DNA of 64,000 nucleotides from a bacterium (lineage in GTDB: Bacteria; Patescibacteriota; Dojkabacteria; SC72): positions 5,249 through 69,248 of the forward strand of contig JAIOSB010000021.1 of the NCBI GenBank assembly GCA_021107795.1, written 5' to 3'. Within the stretch, counting starts at the first letter, position 1; each line of letters begins with the position of its first letter. The notes beneath the pieces are model-generated. The model was not told the DNA's origin and did no database searches. It saw nothing but the letters and a program-made list of their open reading frames with translations. The position numbers and the translations under genes are program-made. Shown in pieces: positions 1 to 8,790 of the stretch.

Positions 1-1093
1 AGTAGGGAATATCCTCTAGAAGAGATTCTTCAAAGTCGTTGAAGTATGTGTCAAGAAATTGAAGGAATTTGGTAGAGCCTTTGTATTCTTTGTGTTTAAT
101 GTTCTCTTTTTCGGTTGATATATTAAAACGGTTGTCCCAGTTAAGGACCTTTTTCCCCCAGAAAAGATATGTTTGTGTGTTGATTCCATGTACTCCTAGG
201 TTTGGTAGTACATCGGAGATGTAGTCTAGAAACATTCTGTTGGGAGCTACGATTAGGGATTTTTCAGGTAGGATTTCATCTTTGTAGTTAAAGAAGAGGT
301 AGGCAAGTCTATGGAGGAGTATTGTGGTTTTACCACTTCCTGCTACTCCTTGGATTATCGCAGGTTTATTTATCTTTCCTCTAATTATTTCATTCTGTTG
401 TTCTTGTATTGTAGATACTATATCTGCTAGTTTTTTACCGAGTCTGCTGTTGAGTTGGCTTAGTAAGAAGGCGTCTGCTGCACTGTTTCCGGTTGTTGCA
501 TTGTAGATGTTTTGTATTCTGGATCTTGATATTTCAAATTGTTTCTTTTCTTTTAGTTCTCCCTTTCTTTTACCTACGGGAGCTTCGAAATGTACTTTTT
601 TAGTTGGTCCACTGTTTTGGTAGTAGAGGTTTGCGATTGGTGCTCTCCAGTCTACTACAAGTGGTATACGAGTTTTTTTGTCTGTAACTGCAAATTTCCC
701 TATGTAGATATTCATATCTTTTTTAGTAGGTGTATCATTTGGAGTGAATATGATTTTACCAAAGTATGGGGAGTCTACCTTTATTAAGTCCTTGTTAATT
801 CTGTTTACTGTAAGTTGTATTTCTTGGAGTATTTGGTTGTATATACTTTTTGCTGCTGCTGCGTCGTCTCCAGTTTCTTGTTCTACAATATGGATTTGGT
901 CTTCTAGGTCTTGTGTTAGTCTTTCTAGTCTTGGTAGGAGCCATTCAATGCTTTTTACATTGATTTTTGTAATGTGTTCGAGGTATGGGTATTCAATCTT
1001 TTCTTGATCGTTTTTGTATTTAACATCCGAGAAGTTTTGTACTTGATCAATATCTTTGTAGAGAGGGTTGAGATATTTTTTAAAGTCCTGCAT
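1..1093 (-). CDS. helD: RNA polymerase recycling motor ATPase HelD (UvrD-like), truncated by the window start
   Basis: Not in the ORF track; hand-translated from ATG at 1093 (MQDFKKYLNP...). Contains SPYFGKI, VDWRAPIANLYY, DIVSTIQEQQNEIIR, Walker A QGVAGSGKTT-LLHRLAYL and APNRMFLDYISDVLPNLG, all HelD hallmarks. Confidence 0.88.
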   Translation of the reverse strand, partial: MQDFKKYLNPLYKDIDQVQNFSDVKYKNDQEKIEYPYLEHITKINVKSIEWLLPRLERLTQDLEDQIHIVEQETGDDAAAAKSIYNQILQEIQLTVNRINKDLIKVDSPYFGKIIFTPNDTPTKKDMNIYIGKFAVTDKKTRIPLVVDWRAPIANLYYQNSGPTKKVHFEAPVGKRKGELKEKKQFEISRSRIQNIYNATTGNSAADAFLLSQLNSRLGKKLADIVSTIQEQQNEIIRGKINKPAIIQGVAGSGKTTILLHRLAYLFFNYKDEILPEKSLIVAPNRMFLDYISDVLPNLGVHGINTQTYLFWGKKVLNWDNRFNISTEKENIKHKEYKGSTKFLQFLDTYFNDFEESLLEDIPY

Positions 1094-1122
1094 AAGCGCG
1101 TTTAAAAAGTTTAGGGCAAAGC

Positions 1123-1131
1123 ATTATATCA
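1123..1131 (-). promoter_or_regulatory. Extended -10 element (TGATATAAT) upstream of helD
   Basis: Perfect TGnTATAAT on the minus strand about 30 nt upstream of the helD ATG. Confidence 0.5.
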
Positions 1132-1162
1132 TCAATGTGTAAGAGGGTCTAGAGGTGGTTTT

Positions 1163-2113
1163 TCATTGTGTATTGTTGGTCAAAAAGGTTAGGTAATCTT
1201 CAACAATGTTTTCTGAGTTGTGTAGTACTTCATAAAGGTTGTAAGCTTGTTCGTATCCTCGATTGGTGATTCTGTCTAAACTTCTAACAGTTTTCTGTTT
1301 AATCTCCTCCGGAGTTCTATGATTTTTATCATATAGAAATTCTTTAATTATTTGAGTTACAACTTTTATTAGTGTTTCCTCCATATAGATGAATGGAGTT
1401 GTGTGAATCTTTTGTAGTTTTTTAGGAACTTCTATATGTTTTGTTAGCTCAACATGTTTTTGGAACAAACTGTTCTTCATGAGGTTTTTTTTAAAGATAC
1501 TGTGTGAGAATTCGTGTATTGCGTTTGAAATAACTGATTGTTGTACAAATTGTGTTTTGTTATCAATTTCATAAGGGCTTGTTATCGAATAAATATTGTT
1601 TTTTCTAAATAATCCGAAGCTGTGACCCAGTTCAAATATATTTGGTATGAGGATGAAGTTCATGTTGTTGTGATTAACGCCCCAAATCTTCTTTATCGAT
1701 TTCTCTACATCCCCATTAAAGTATTTCTCTATATCTTTGTTGAGAGTTTCGTGTAGGGGGAGTATCTCTGTAGTAATAAGTTCGTTGAAGTTTGTTTCTT
1801 TTGCTATTTCTTTAACTACGGGGTATATCTTTTCTGTATAGAATTTGGAGTTTTTTGGTCCAAAACCACATTCACCGTTCATTTCTTTCGATGAGAGGTC
1901 GGAGTTAGTGTGTATAGCATAGAGAGCGTATCGATAAGGGTGTATTGGATATGAATTGTGATGGTTTTGAAAGTTTTTATAAGAGGTGGCCTGAGAGTAG
2001 TTTATAAGTTTGAGAATCTTCTTTCCAAGAGGGTGGTATGGTTGATCTGGTTGGAGTTGTGCGAGTAAGGAGAAGAAGAAAAGGATGTTTTTATTAGATT
2101 TGATTTTTATCAT
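1163..2113 (-). CDS. HExxH-motif protein (DUF4932/zincin-like), putative RiPP tailoring enzyme or peptidase
   Basis: 316-aa ORF with AIHEFSHS and a downstream EE (YMEETL) as a possible third ligand. Lies directly downstream of the precursor peptide on the same strand. Confidence 0.6.
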   Translation of the reverse strand: MIKIKSNKNILFFFSLLAQLQPDQPYHPLGKKILKLINYSQATSYKNFQNHHNSYPIHPYRYALYAIHTNSDLSSKEMNGECGFGPKNSKFYTEKIYPVVKEIAKETNFNELITTEILPLHETLNKDIEKYFNGDVEKSIKKIWGVNHNNMNFILIPNIFELGHSFGLFRKNNIYSITSPYEIDNKTQFVQQSVISNAIHEFSHSIFKKNLMKNSLFQKHVELTKHIEVPKKLQKIHTTPFIYMEETLIKVVTQIIKEFLYDKNHRTPEEIKQKTVRSLDRITNRGYEQAYNLYEVLHNSENIVEDYLTFLTNNTQ

Positions 2114-2137
2114 AGGTGGTTTGTTAATATGAAGCTT

Positions 2138-2173
2138 GCCCGAGGGTGTAAAAAGTTTTTTACACCCCCGGGC
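2138..2173 (-). terminator. Strong stem-loop after the precursor gene (mRNA-stabilising hairpin or terminator)
   Basis: On the minus strand the arms are GCCCGGGGGTGTAAAAA and TTTTTACACCCTCGGGC. The single mismatch is a G-U pair only in the minus-strand transcript. No clear U-tract follows. Confidence 0.7.
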
Positions 2174-2193
2174 GTCTTGAGGAACTTTAGAGT

Positions 2194-2319
2194 CTAGTCT
2201 GTATCATAACATTCTCCGACACCACTAGAGTTATCTTCGAGTTCGCAAGCGCAACCATTGTTCGCATAGACTGAACTCGTGTCTTCAAGACTTACGACTT
2301 TACCAAAAAGTTCTGACAT
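2194..2319 (-). CDS. Putative RiPP (ranthipeptide-like) precursor, 41 aa: MSELFGKVVSLEDTSSVYANNGCACELEDNSSGVGECYDTD
   Basis: Hand-translated (below the ORF-track cutoff). ATG at 2319 with AAGGAG Shine-Dalgarno 8 nt upstream; TAG at 2196-2194. Starts 19 nt after the rSAM stop. Three Cys, two Cx3D motifs. Confidence 0.85.
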   Translation of the reverse strand: MSELFGKVVSLEDTSSVYANNGCACELEDNSSGVGECYDTD

Positions 2320-2338
2320 GATATTTTCTCCTTTTCTG

Positions 2339-3637
2339 TTAGGCTTCCAATTTTGTGATGAGAATGTTGAAAAGCATAGCTTTTGTTAATAAACAGTGCT
2401 CTTCTGACATTTTCCCATTGTTACTTAATCTTGTATGGTGGCACCCACCTGTGCAGTACCACTTTGCAAAGCAATCGTGACATTGTTTGAAGTTTTGAAT
2501 ACTCAAACCTCTAAGGAAGGAGACTTTTTCGTGATCAAAATGAAAATCTCCATTTGAGTCAATATTGCCTATGATGAAACGATTGGACAATTCATCCTGT
2601 GATCTTGTTACCCTGGTGCAGGATGAAATTTGTCCATCCGGCAAAACACAAAACATTTCTCCATTACCAGCACAAAACTCCGTTTTGGTAATAAGTTTAT
2701 GAGAATATGTTGACTTGAAAATCACACCAAGTTGATCTGCAAGCTTTTTAGCATCATTATAGGCTAGGAAGAAATCCTTATAGGAAACTTCAATCATCTC
2801 CTTTGTTGCACGACCTGTTAGAGTTAAAGGCTCAACTTTTAGGCTACACCCAAAAGCTTTGGCTATAAGAAGGAGCTCCTTTATTCGATGTATATTGTTT
2901 TGAGTAATTGTTGCTCTTATACTAAAGTCAACATGATGTTTTTCTAAGAACAACATTCCTCGGATACAATCATCGAATGATCCCCTTCCATTGGCTTTTA
3001 CTCTTTGAAGGTCGTGAACATCTTTTGGGCCATCTAGTGATACTGTTATGTGGAAATTGTTTTCTTTTAACCACTTTGCTTTCTTATCGGTTATTAATGT
3101 TCCATTTGTTACGAGGGAAAACTTAGTGGTGTTATTCCAGAGTCTCTTTACCTCTTCAGTTGCTTTCTGCAACTTGTTCCATTCTACTGTAGCCTCTCCA
3201 CCTCCATGAAATAGAAGTTTGAATGTTTTCTTTCCTACTTTTCTACTAGCTTTGATGGAAATTTTAATTGCCTGTTGGATAGTTTCCCAAGGGATACTAT
3301 CGTGTGTATCACCAGCAAAAGCGTAGCAGTATTTACATCTCAAATTACAGTTAGATGTTAGAGATAGGATTAAGTTTATTGGTTCATACTTTTTACCTCT
3401 CCTTGTTGCTATTTTTGGTAAGGGACCACTTAGTCCGTTTTCCTTCAGGAAAACTTCTAGCTCAGGATCAAGCTTGTTATTCAGAAAATAGTCTGTTAAC
3501 TTCTTGTAACCTCCTTTGTTTTTGATTGGAAAAAGTTTCTTTCGAAGTGGTGCGTACACTAACATGGTATTACCAGAACTGAGGATGTACAAATCTGTGC
3601 TAATCTTTTTGGACAAAATTTGGGGAGTTGAATTCAT
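2339..3637 (-). CDS. Radical SAM/SPASM peptide maturase with putative N-terminal RRE (PqqD-like) domain
   Basis: CNLRCKYC (Cx3Cx2C) and FHGGGE. SPASM cysteines in CAG...PDGQISSC...CHDCFAKWYCTGGC...HC. An ~80-aa N-terminal extension has an RRE-like strand/helix pattern ending FLKENGL. AAGGA SD upstream. Confidence 0.92.
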   Translation of the reverse strand: MNSTPQILSKKISTDLYILSSGNTMLVYAPLRKKLFPIKNKGGYKKLTDYFLNNKLDPELEVFLKENGLSGPLPKIATRRGKKYEPINLILSLTSNCNLRCKYCYAFAGDTHDSIPWETIQQAIKISIKASRKVGKKTFKLLFHGGGEATVEWNKLQKATEEVKRLWNNTTKFSLVTNGTLITDKKAKWLKENNFHITVSLDGPKDVHDLQRVKANGRGSFDDCIRGMLFLEKHHVDFSIRATITQNNIHRIKELLLIAKAFGCSLKVEPLTLTGRATKEMIEVSYKDFFLAYNDAKKLADQLGVIFKSTYSHKLITKTEFCAGNGEMFCVLPDGQISSCTRVTRSQDELSNRFIIGNIDSNGDFHFDHEKVSFLRGLSIQNFKQCHDCFAKWYCTGGCHHTRLSNNGKMSEEHCLLTKAMLFNILITKLEA

Positions 3638-3679
3638 GACATAGTCCTTTTTGTTATTAATGAGCTAGTCGAATGCTGG

Positions 3680-3708
3680 AATATATCACAAATGTCCTGG
3701 TATTGCAA
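3680..3708 (-). promoter_or_regulatory. Sigma70-type promoter for the rSAM-precursor operon
   Basis: Minus strand TTGCAA-17 nt-TATATT with a TG extension (TGATATATT), about 40 nt upstream of the rSAM ATG. Confidence 0.6.
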
Positions 3709-3779
3709 GGGAATCTAGGGGTTTCCCATTGTATGAGGAATTTGATAATATGCTGGTATAGTTTATAATCTACATTATT

Positions 3780-4307
3780 ATGAAGAAGGTAATTATTGTC
3801 TCTCAAAATCCCGTCAAGATTCAGGCTGTTAAGAATGGCTTTAAGAAAATGTTCCCTAATCAAGAATTTGAGTTTATTGGTATAACTGTTCCTTCAAATG
3901 TCTCTGATCAGCCTTCTAGTAATGAGGAGACTTTCATTGGAGCAAAGAATAGAGTCGACAATGCATCCAACGAGATAAATGACGCTGATTTTTATGTCGG
4001 TATGGAAAGTGGGATTGAATATATTAAAAATGAAATGGAGGCTTTTGCTTGGGTGGTTGTAAAGTCGGCTGGTAAGTATGGTAAATCAAGGACGGCAACA
4101 TTTTTTCTTCCAACAGAAGTTGTTAAACTTATTAAAGAAGGGAAAGAGCTTGGTGAAGTGGATGATATTGTATTTAAAAGGAAAAACTCTAAACATGCAA
4201 ATGGGACTGTTGGGATTTTGACAGAAAATGTAATCGATAGAACAGGATATTGCACAGACGCAGTAATATTGTCTTTAATCCCCTTTAAGAACGTTGATTT
4301 ATATTAA
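3780..4307 (+). CDS. yjjX: Inosine/xanthosine triphosphatase
   Basis: SQNPVKIQAV, VPSNVSDQP, ETFIGAKNR, GMESGI, G-ELG and GTVGILT motifs. Confidence 0.88.
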   Translation: MKKVIIVSQNPVKIQAVKNGFKKMFPNQEFEFIGITVPSNVSDQPSSNEETFIGAKNRVDNASNEINDADFYVGMESGIEYIKNEMEAFAWVVVKSAGKYGKSRTATFFLPTEVVKLIKEGKELGEVDDIVFKRKNSKHANGTVGILTENVIDRTGYCTDAVILSLIPFKNVDLY

Positions 4308-5335
4308 AAAATCTCTTTAATCACCCCACCCCCTATACACTCCTGCCTTTTGTAAAGTACTAAGCTCTGTCCAATAGAGGGTGTCCAAACCTTCCCTTTA
4401 AAAACAATTGTTTTACTATCCCAATCTACACTACACCTACTACCCCTTGCCCTATACCTCACTACTCCTGTTAAGCCCTTTGTAATATTAATATTCTCTT
4501 TGTTTATAAAACTAAAATCTTTTAGAATGAAAGTATCCTTCCAAAGATATGGATTGTACTTACCCTTTGCTACAAATATTGTATTGGTAGAGATATCCTT
4601 CTTGGCTACAAAGTAAGGCAAATCACTTCCTCCTACTAAGATACCCCTTCTCTGACCTAAAGTGAGTGAATGAATACCTGAGTGTCTTCCTACAACTTCT
4701 TTTGTATCAATATCTATAATATCTCCCTCCTTGTTTATAATATGCTCATCAAGATACTCACTAAGAGAGGTGTCTATGAAACATACCTCTTGACTGTCTT
4801 TTTTACTCATATTTGGCAGAGATAGGCTTTGAGCTTGCTTTCTTACCATCTCCTTAGTCATATTACCAATGGGAAAGATGGTTCTCCTTAAGATATCCTC
4901 TGATATACCACTGAGGAAATATGATTGATCCTTTCCACGATCTCTTCCTCTAAAAAGTTTTCCATCTTTTGTTTTACAGTAGTGTCCAGTAGCGATTAGG
5001 TCTGCACCATTATCAAAACACCAGTTAGCAAAGATACCAAATTTGAATTTAATGTTACAATTAACACATGGGTTTGGAGTCTTTCCTTCTTTGTATGATT
5101 TTATAAAAGGCGAGATTACACTCTTTTCAAAATTTTCTTGAAAATCAACAATCTCAAGTGGAATACCAATATGCTTTGCAATGGACTTAGCTTCTTCCTC
5201 TGCTACTTTGTTACACTGCTCATTGTGTGTATTTCTAAACATTACTGCAGTTACATCATATTTCTTTGTTAGTAGAAATGCAGAGACCGCACTATCTACT
5301 CCCCCTGAGAATCCTACAAATACTTTCTTTTTCAT
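4304..5335 (-). CDS. mnmA: tRNA 2-thiouridine(34) synthase MnmA
   Basis: SGGVDS, TPNPCVNCN, ATGHY, KDQSYFL, DSQEVCF, TLGQRRG. Confidence 0.97.
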   Translation of the reverse strand: MKKKVFVGFSGGVDSAVSAFLLTKKYDVTAVMFRNTHNEQCNKVAEEEAKSIAKHIGIPLEIVDFQENFEKSVISPFIKSYKEGKTPNPCVNCNIKFKFGIFANWCFDNGADLIATGHYCKTKDGKLFRGRDRGKDQSYFLSGISEDILRRTIFPIGNMTKEMVRKQAQSLSLPNMSKKDSQEVCFIDTSLSEYLDEHIINKEGDIIDIDTKEVVGRHSGIHSLTLGQRRGILVGGSDLPYFVAKKDISTNTIFVAKGKYNPYLWKDTFILKDFSFINKENINITKGLTGVVRYRARGSRCSVDWDSKTIVFKGKVWTPSIGQSLVLYKRQECIGGGVIKEIF

Positions 5336-5358
5336 ATATTAGAGTATATCATGGATAA

Positions 5359-5889
5359 ATGAGTAACCATCTTAAACTTTTGATATATATTGGCACTATT
5401 GTAGGGATATTTTGCCTAGTTCAGGAGAAGTTTGATTTGTTTAATGTGAGATTGATAGATGGTAATGGTGAACAGGTAGAGAATATGGACAATAAAGAAG
5501 GGGAGGAGGATGAGAAGTACTTGGAAATATATATTCCTAATGGGCTTAGGGTAAGAGTGAATGTGGAGGTTGTTGATACAGAGGACAGTAGAGCAAAGGG
5601 GTTGTCCTCAAGAAGATATTTAGGAGATTATGATGGTATGTTGTTTGTGTTTGAGAAGGAAGTAGACAATCCTTTTTGGATGAAGGATATGTTGATTCCA
5701 ATAGATATTATCTTTATTGATTCCAAGGGGTATATTGTTGATATTAAGGTTGATGAACAACCGTGTGATGCTACATATTGTCCACAGATTTATTCTAAGG
5801 ATCCTTATCGATATGTTTTAGAGGTTAATGCTGGTTTTTGTGAGGAGAATGAGATTGAGATAGGTTACAGTATGGTACAATATCTCTAG
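5359..5889 (+). CDS. DUF192 domain protein, membrane-anchored
   Basis: R-KGL, GMLFVF, FWMKDMLIPIDIIFID, YVLEVNAG; N-terminal TM helix. Confidence 0.9.
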   Translation: MSNHLKLLIYIGTIVGIFCLVQEKFDLFNVRLIDGNGEQVENMDNKEGEEDEKYLEIYIPNGLRVRVNVEVVDTEDSRAKGLSSRRYLGDYDGMLFVFEKEVDNPFWMKDMLIPIDIIFIDSKGYIVDIKVDEQPCDATYCPQIYSKDPYRYVLEVNAGFCEENEIEIGYSMVQYL

Positions 5890-5908
5890 TAATTTTAAAT
5901 CTGACTGT

Positions 5909-6529
5909 ATGATTGAGAATATTGTTGTTTGGCTAACCTCTCTTATTGAATCCTCAGGGTACTTTGGGGTTGGGCTTGCAATGTTTATTGAAAGTTTCTT
6001 TGCCCCTATTCCTAGTGAATTAATTCTTCCATTTGCTGGGTTTGTTGCTTCTAGGACAGATCAGGTATTGGTAATTTCTATTCTTGTTGCTTCGGTTTGT
6101 GCATATCTTGGGTCTTTACCGTTTTACTTTCTTGGTATTTGGGGAGAGGATTTTGTGAACAGGTTTCTTAAGAGGTATGGGAAGTACTTCTTTATTGAAG
6201 AAAGCGATGTTAAGAAAGGCTTTGAGGTGTTTGAGAGGTATGGGAGTGGTATTATCTTTTTTGGAAGGTTAATTCCAATCATTAGGACTGTGATATCTTT
6301 CCCAGCGGGTGTAGCTAAGACTTCTTTTCTTAAATTTTCTGTATATACACTACTTGGGAGTGCTATTTGGTCAACTCTTTTGGCTACAGCAGGGTATCTG
6401 TTGGGTGAGCAGTGGGAATTAGTTGGTGTGTGGTTGTCTCAGTATGAGAATGTTGTAATATTTTGTGGTGTAGCTACCGTGGTTGGTTATGTAGTCTTTC
6501 TAATTGCTCGAAGAAGTAGGAAGAAGTAG
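5909..6529 (+). CDS. DedA family membrane protein
   Basis: ESFFAPIPSELILPFAG and GRLIPIIRTVISFPAG. Confidence 0.93.
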   Translation: MIENIVVWLTSLIESSGYFGVGLAMFIESFFAPIPSELILPFAGFVASRTDQVLVISILVASVCAYLGSLPFYFLGIWGEDFVNRFLKRYGKYFFIEESDVKKGFEVFERYGSGIIFFGRLIPIIRTVISFPAGVAKTSFLKFSVYTLLGSAIWSTLLATAGYLLGEQWELVGVWLSQYENVVIFCGVATVVGYVVFLIARRSRKK

Positions 6530-6532
6530 AAA

Positions 6533-8071
6533 CTAAAATTCTGTGTAATTTCGTATTAGACTACTTCCTGTCATCTCTATTGGTTGTGCTATTCCCAGAA
6601 GTTGTAGGATTGTAGGAGCAATATCTCTAAGAGATCCATATGGTAATACATGAGGGTTAATTTTAGTGCCAACGAGAGTGAATGGTACAGGATTGAGAGA
6701 ATGTTCTGTATCCATTTCTCCTGTATCTAAATTAATGAGTTCTTCTGCATTCCCATGGTCTGCGGTGATGATAACGGAACCACCTTTACTGATAAATGCG
6801 CGTGTTAGAATCTTTGTGTAGTGGTCGACGGTTTGTACAGCTTTTATGGAGGCCTCTATATTCCCAGTGTGGCCTACCATATCGGGATTGGCGAAGTTTA
6901 CAAGTATGAAGTCGTAGAGGTTTGAGTTTATTCTGCTTATCAATATATCAGTCATTTTCTCTGCAGACATTTCTGGCATTTCATCGTAAAGTGATACATC
7001 AGGGGAAGGGATATTAATTCTGTCCTCATTATCGTACTGTACAGAGATTCCACCATTGAAAAAGTACGTCACATGAGGGAATTTCTCCGATTCGGATATT
7101 CTTAGCTGTTTTAAACCGTAGCTACTGATGATTCTGCCAAGTGGTAGTGATATGTACTGTTTAGGTACCAAGATATTTGTAGGGTAGTCTTTTCTGTACT
7201 CTACCATTGCAGCATAGAAGGTTTCTGGAATGAATTCTCTTTGGAATGTGTTTAATTTAGAATCTGTGAATGCTTTTGAGAGTTGGAGTGCTCTGTCAGC
7301 CCTAAAGTTCATGTGGAAGATGGCGTCTCCTGATTTAATTTTTGTTTGTACAATTACGCTTGGTTTTATAAATTCATCAGAGAAACCTTGTACGTAGGAG
7401 GCTGATATTGCATCTGCGTAATTTTCGAATTTTGTACCAACACCGTTGGCGATCAAGTCATATGCTAGTTTAGTCCTGTCCCAAGCCCCATTCCTGTCCA
7501 TACCAAATCTCCTCCCACATACTGTCGCTATCTCTCCTACACCATTTTTGTTGATATGGAATTGTAGCTTGTCTAGAAATTTCTTTGCTTCTTCGGTGGG
7601 TGTATCTCTTCCGTCTGTGAATATATGGAAGTAGATTTTGTTTTGAAAGTTGTTTTGTGCAAAGAATTTTAATGTAGAAATGAAGTGATTAATATGGCTG
7701 TGTACTGAACCGTCGCTTAGTAATCCTAGTATATGGATATTTCCTTTGTTTTGTAGGGCATATTTAAGACCTTTGGTGAGTGCGTCACATTGAAAGAGCG
7801 CCCCTGTTTTAATGGCTTTGTTGATTCTTGGTAAATTTTGATTAACGATTTGACCAGATCCAATGTTTTGGTGTCCAACCTCACTGTTTCCTTTTACATT
7901 TTTTGGTAGGCCAACGGCTTGGCCAGAGGCTAGTAGGTATGTGTGTGGGTTGGTGTTCCAGAGTGAGGAGAGGTTGGTAGGGTTGGCTAGTACAACAGCA
8001 TTTCCTTTACTTTTTGGGGCAACTCCTAGTCCGTCTAGGATTATGAGGAGTACTTTTTGTTTTGCGATCAT
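6533..8071 (-). CDS. gpmI: 2,3-bisphosphoglycerate-independent phosphoglycerate mutase
   Basis: ILDGLG, GNSEVGH, SDGSVHSH, DGRDT, NFRADR, NPDMVGHTG, TADHGNAE. Confidence 0.97.
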   Translation of the reverse strand: MIAKQKVLLIILDGLGVAPKSKGNAVVLANPTNLSSLWNTNPHTYLLASGQAVGLPKNVKGNSEVGHQNIGSGQIVNQNLPRINKAIKTGALFQCDALTKGLKYALQNKGNIHILGLLSDGSVHSHINHFISTLKFFAQNNFQNKIYFHIFTDGRDTPTEEAKKFLDKLQFHINKNGVGEIATVCGRRFGMDRNGAWDRTKLAYDLIANGVGTKFENYADAISASYVQGFSDEFIKPSVIVQTKIKSGDAIFHMNFRADRALQLSKAFTDSKLNTFQREFIPETFYAAMVEYRKDYPTNILVPKQYISLPLGRIISSYGLKQLRISESEKFPHVTYFFNGGISVQYDNEDRINIPSPDVSLYDEMPEMSAEKMTDILISRINSNLYDFILVNFANPDMVGHTGNIEASIKAVQTVDHYTKILTRAFISKGGSVIITADHGNAEELINLDTGEMDTEHSLNPVPFTLVGTKINPHVLPYGSLRDIAPTILQLLGIAQPIEMTGSSLIRNYTEF

Positions 8072-8164
8072 ATGTATATTGTGGCATATTTCTTGATTTT
8101 ATTCTATAATTACACCGCTAAGTGACAATTTTCACTTGATTATATTAAATAATTATTAATAAAG

Positions 8165-8635
8165 ATGGATAGTACAATGTTAAAAGGTATTGAGGAAGGG
8201 CAATACAAGAAGAGGCCTGATGTAAGAGTTGGGGATACTGTTAAATTGCATATGAAGATTAAAGAGGGTAGTAAGGAGAGGGTTCAGGTTTTTGAAGGGG
8301 TTGTTATCGCTATTAAAGGTTCTGGGATAAATAGGAATATGACAGTTAGAAAGATTTCATATAGTGTGGGTGTAGAGAAGATAGTCCCTTTTCATGCTCC
8401 TACGTTAGAGAAGATAGAGGTAGTTAAGAGGGGTAGTGTAAGAAGATCAAAGCTTTACTATCTTAGGGATAGAGTGGGTAAGAAGGCTCTTAAGGTTGGT
8501 ACTACTTCAGATGTTTATCTCACAGATGAGAAAGAAAAGGCTCCTATTAAGAAAAAGGTGAAGAAAAAAGAGGTAAAGAAAGTGAAGGAAGTCAAGAAAG
8601 AGAAGGTGAAGAAAGAAGAAGTTGCATCTAAGTAG
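8165..8635 (+). CDS. rplS: 50S ribosomal protein L19 with a Lys/Glu-rich C-terminal tail
   Basis: [38 protein letters not shown]. Confidence 0.97.
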   Translation: MDSTMLKGIEEGQYKKRPDVRVGDTVKLHMKIKEGSKERVQVFEGVVIAIKGSGINRNMTVRKISYSVGVEKIVPFHAPTLEKIEVVKRGSVRRSKLYYLRDRVGKKALKVGTTSDVYLTDEKEKAPIKKKVKKKEVKKVKEVKKEKVKKEEVASK

Positions 8636-8663
8636 TTGTTATTATATATTTTAATGTACTACT

Positions 8664-8740
8664 GCGAGAGTAGTTCAATTGGTTAGAATATCTGTTTTCC
8701 AAACAGAGGGTTGCGGGTTCGAGTCCCGTCTCTCGCTCCA
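8664..8740 (+). tRNA. tRNA-Gly (TCC)
   Basis: Cloverleaf with acceptor GCGAGAG/CTCTCGC, anticodon stem TCTGT/ACAGA, loop TTTCCAA, TTCGAGT T-loop and encoded CCA. Confidence 0.96.
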
Positions 8741-8790
8741 AGTGAATATCTGCCCTAATATAGCTAATATTTTAGGGAAACTCTACAACA

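Noticed and set aside
324-1007. Three + strand ORFs (324-506, 590-787, 744-1007)
   Set aside because: Antisense shadows of the minus-strand helD gene.
1-1093. helD as a self-resistance or target gene of the RiPP cluster
   Set aside because: It has its own extended -10 and is a common housekeeping gene. Adjacency is the only link.
3657-3863. 68-aa minus ORF as an alternative RiPP precursor
   Set aside because: It overlaps yjjX antisense and the rSAM promoter, has no SD and only one Cys. The 2194-2319 ORF is far better supported.
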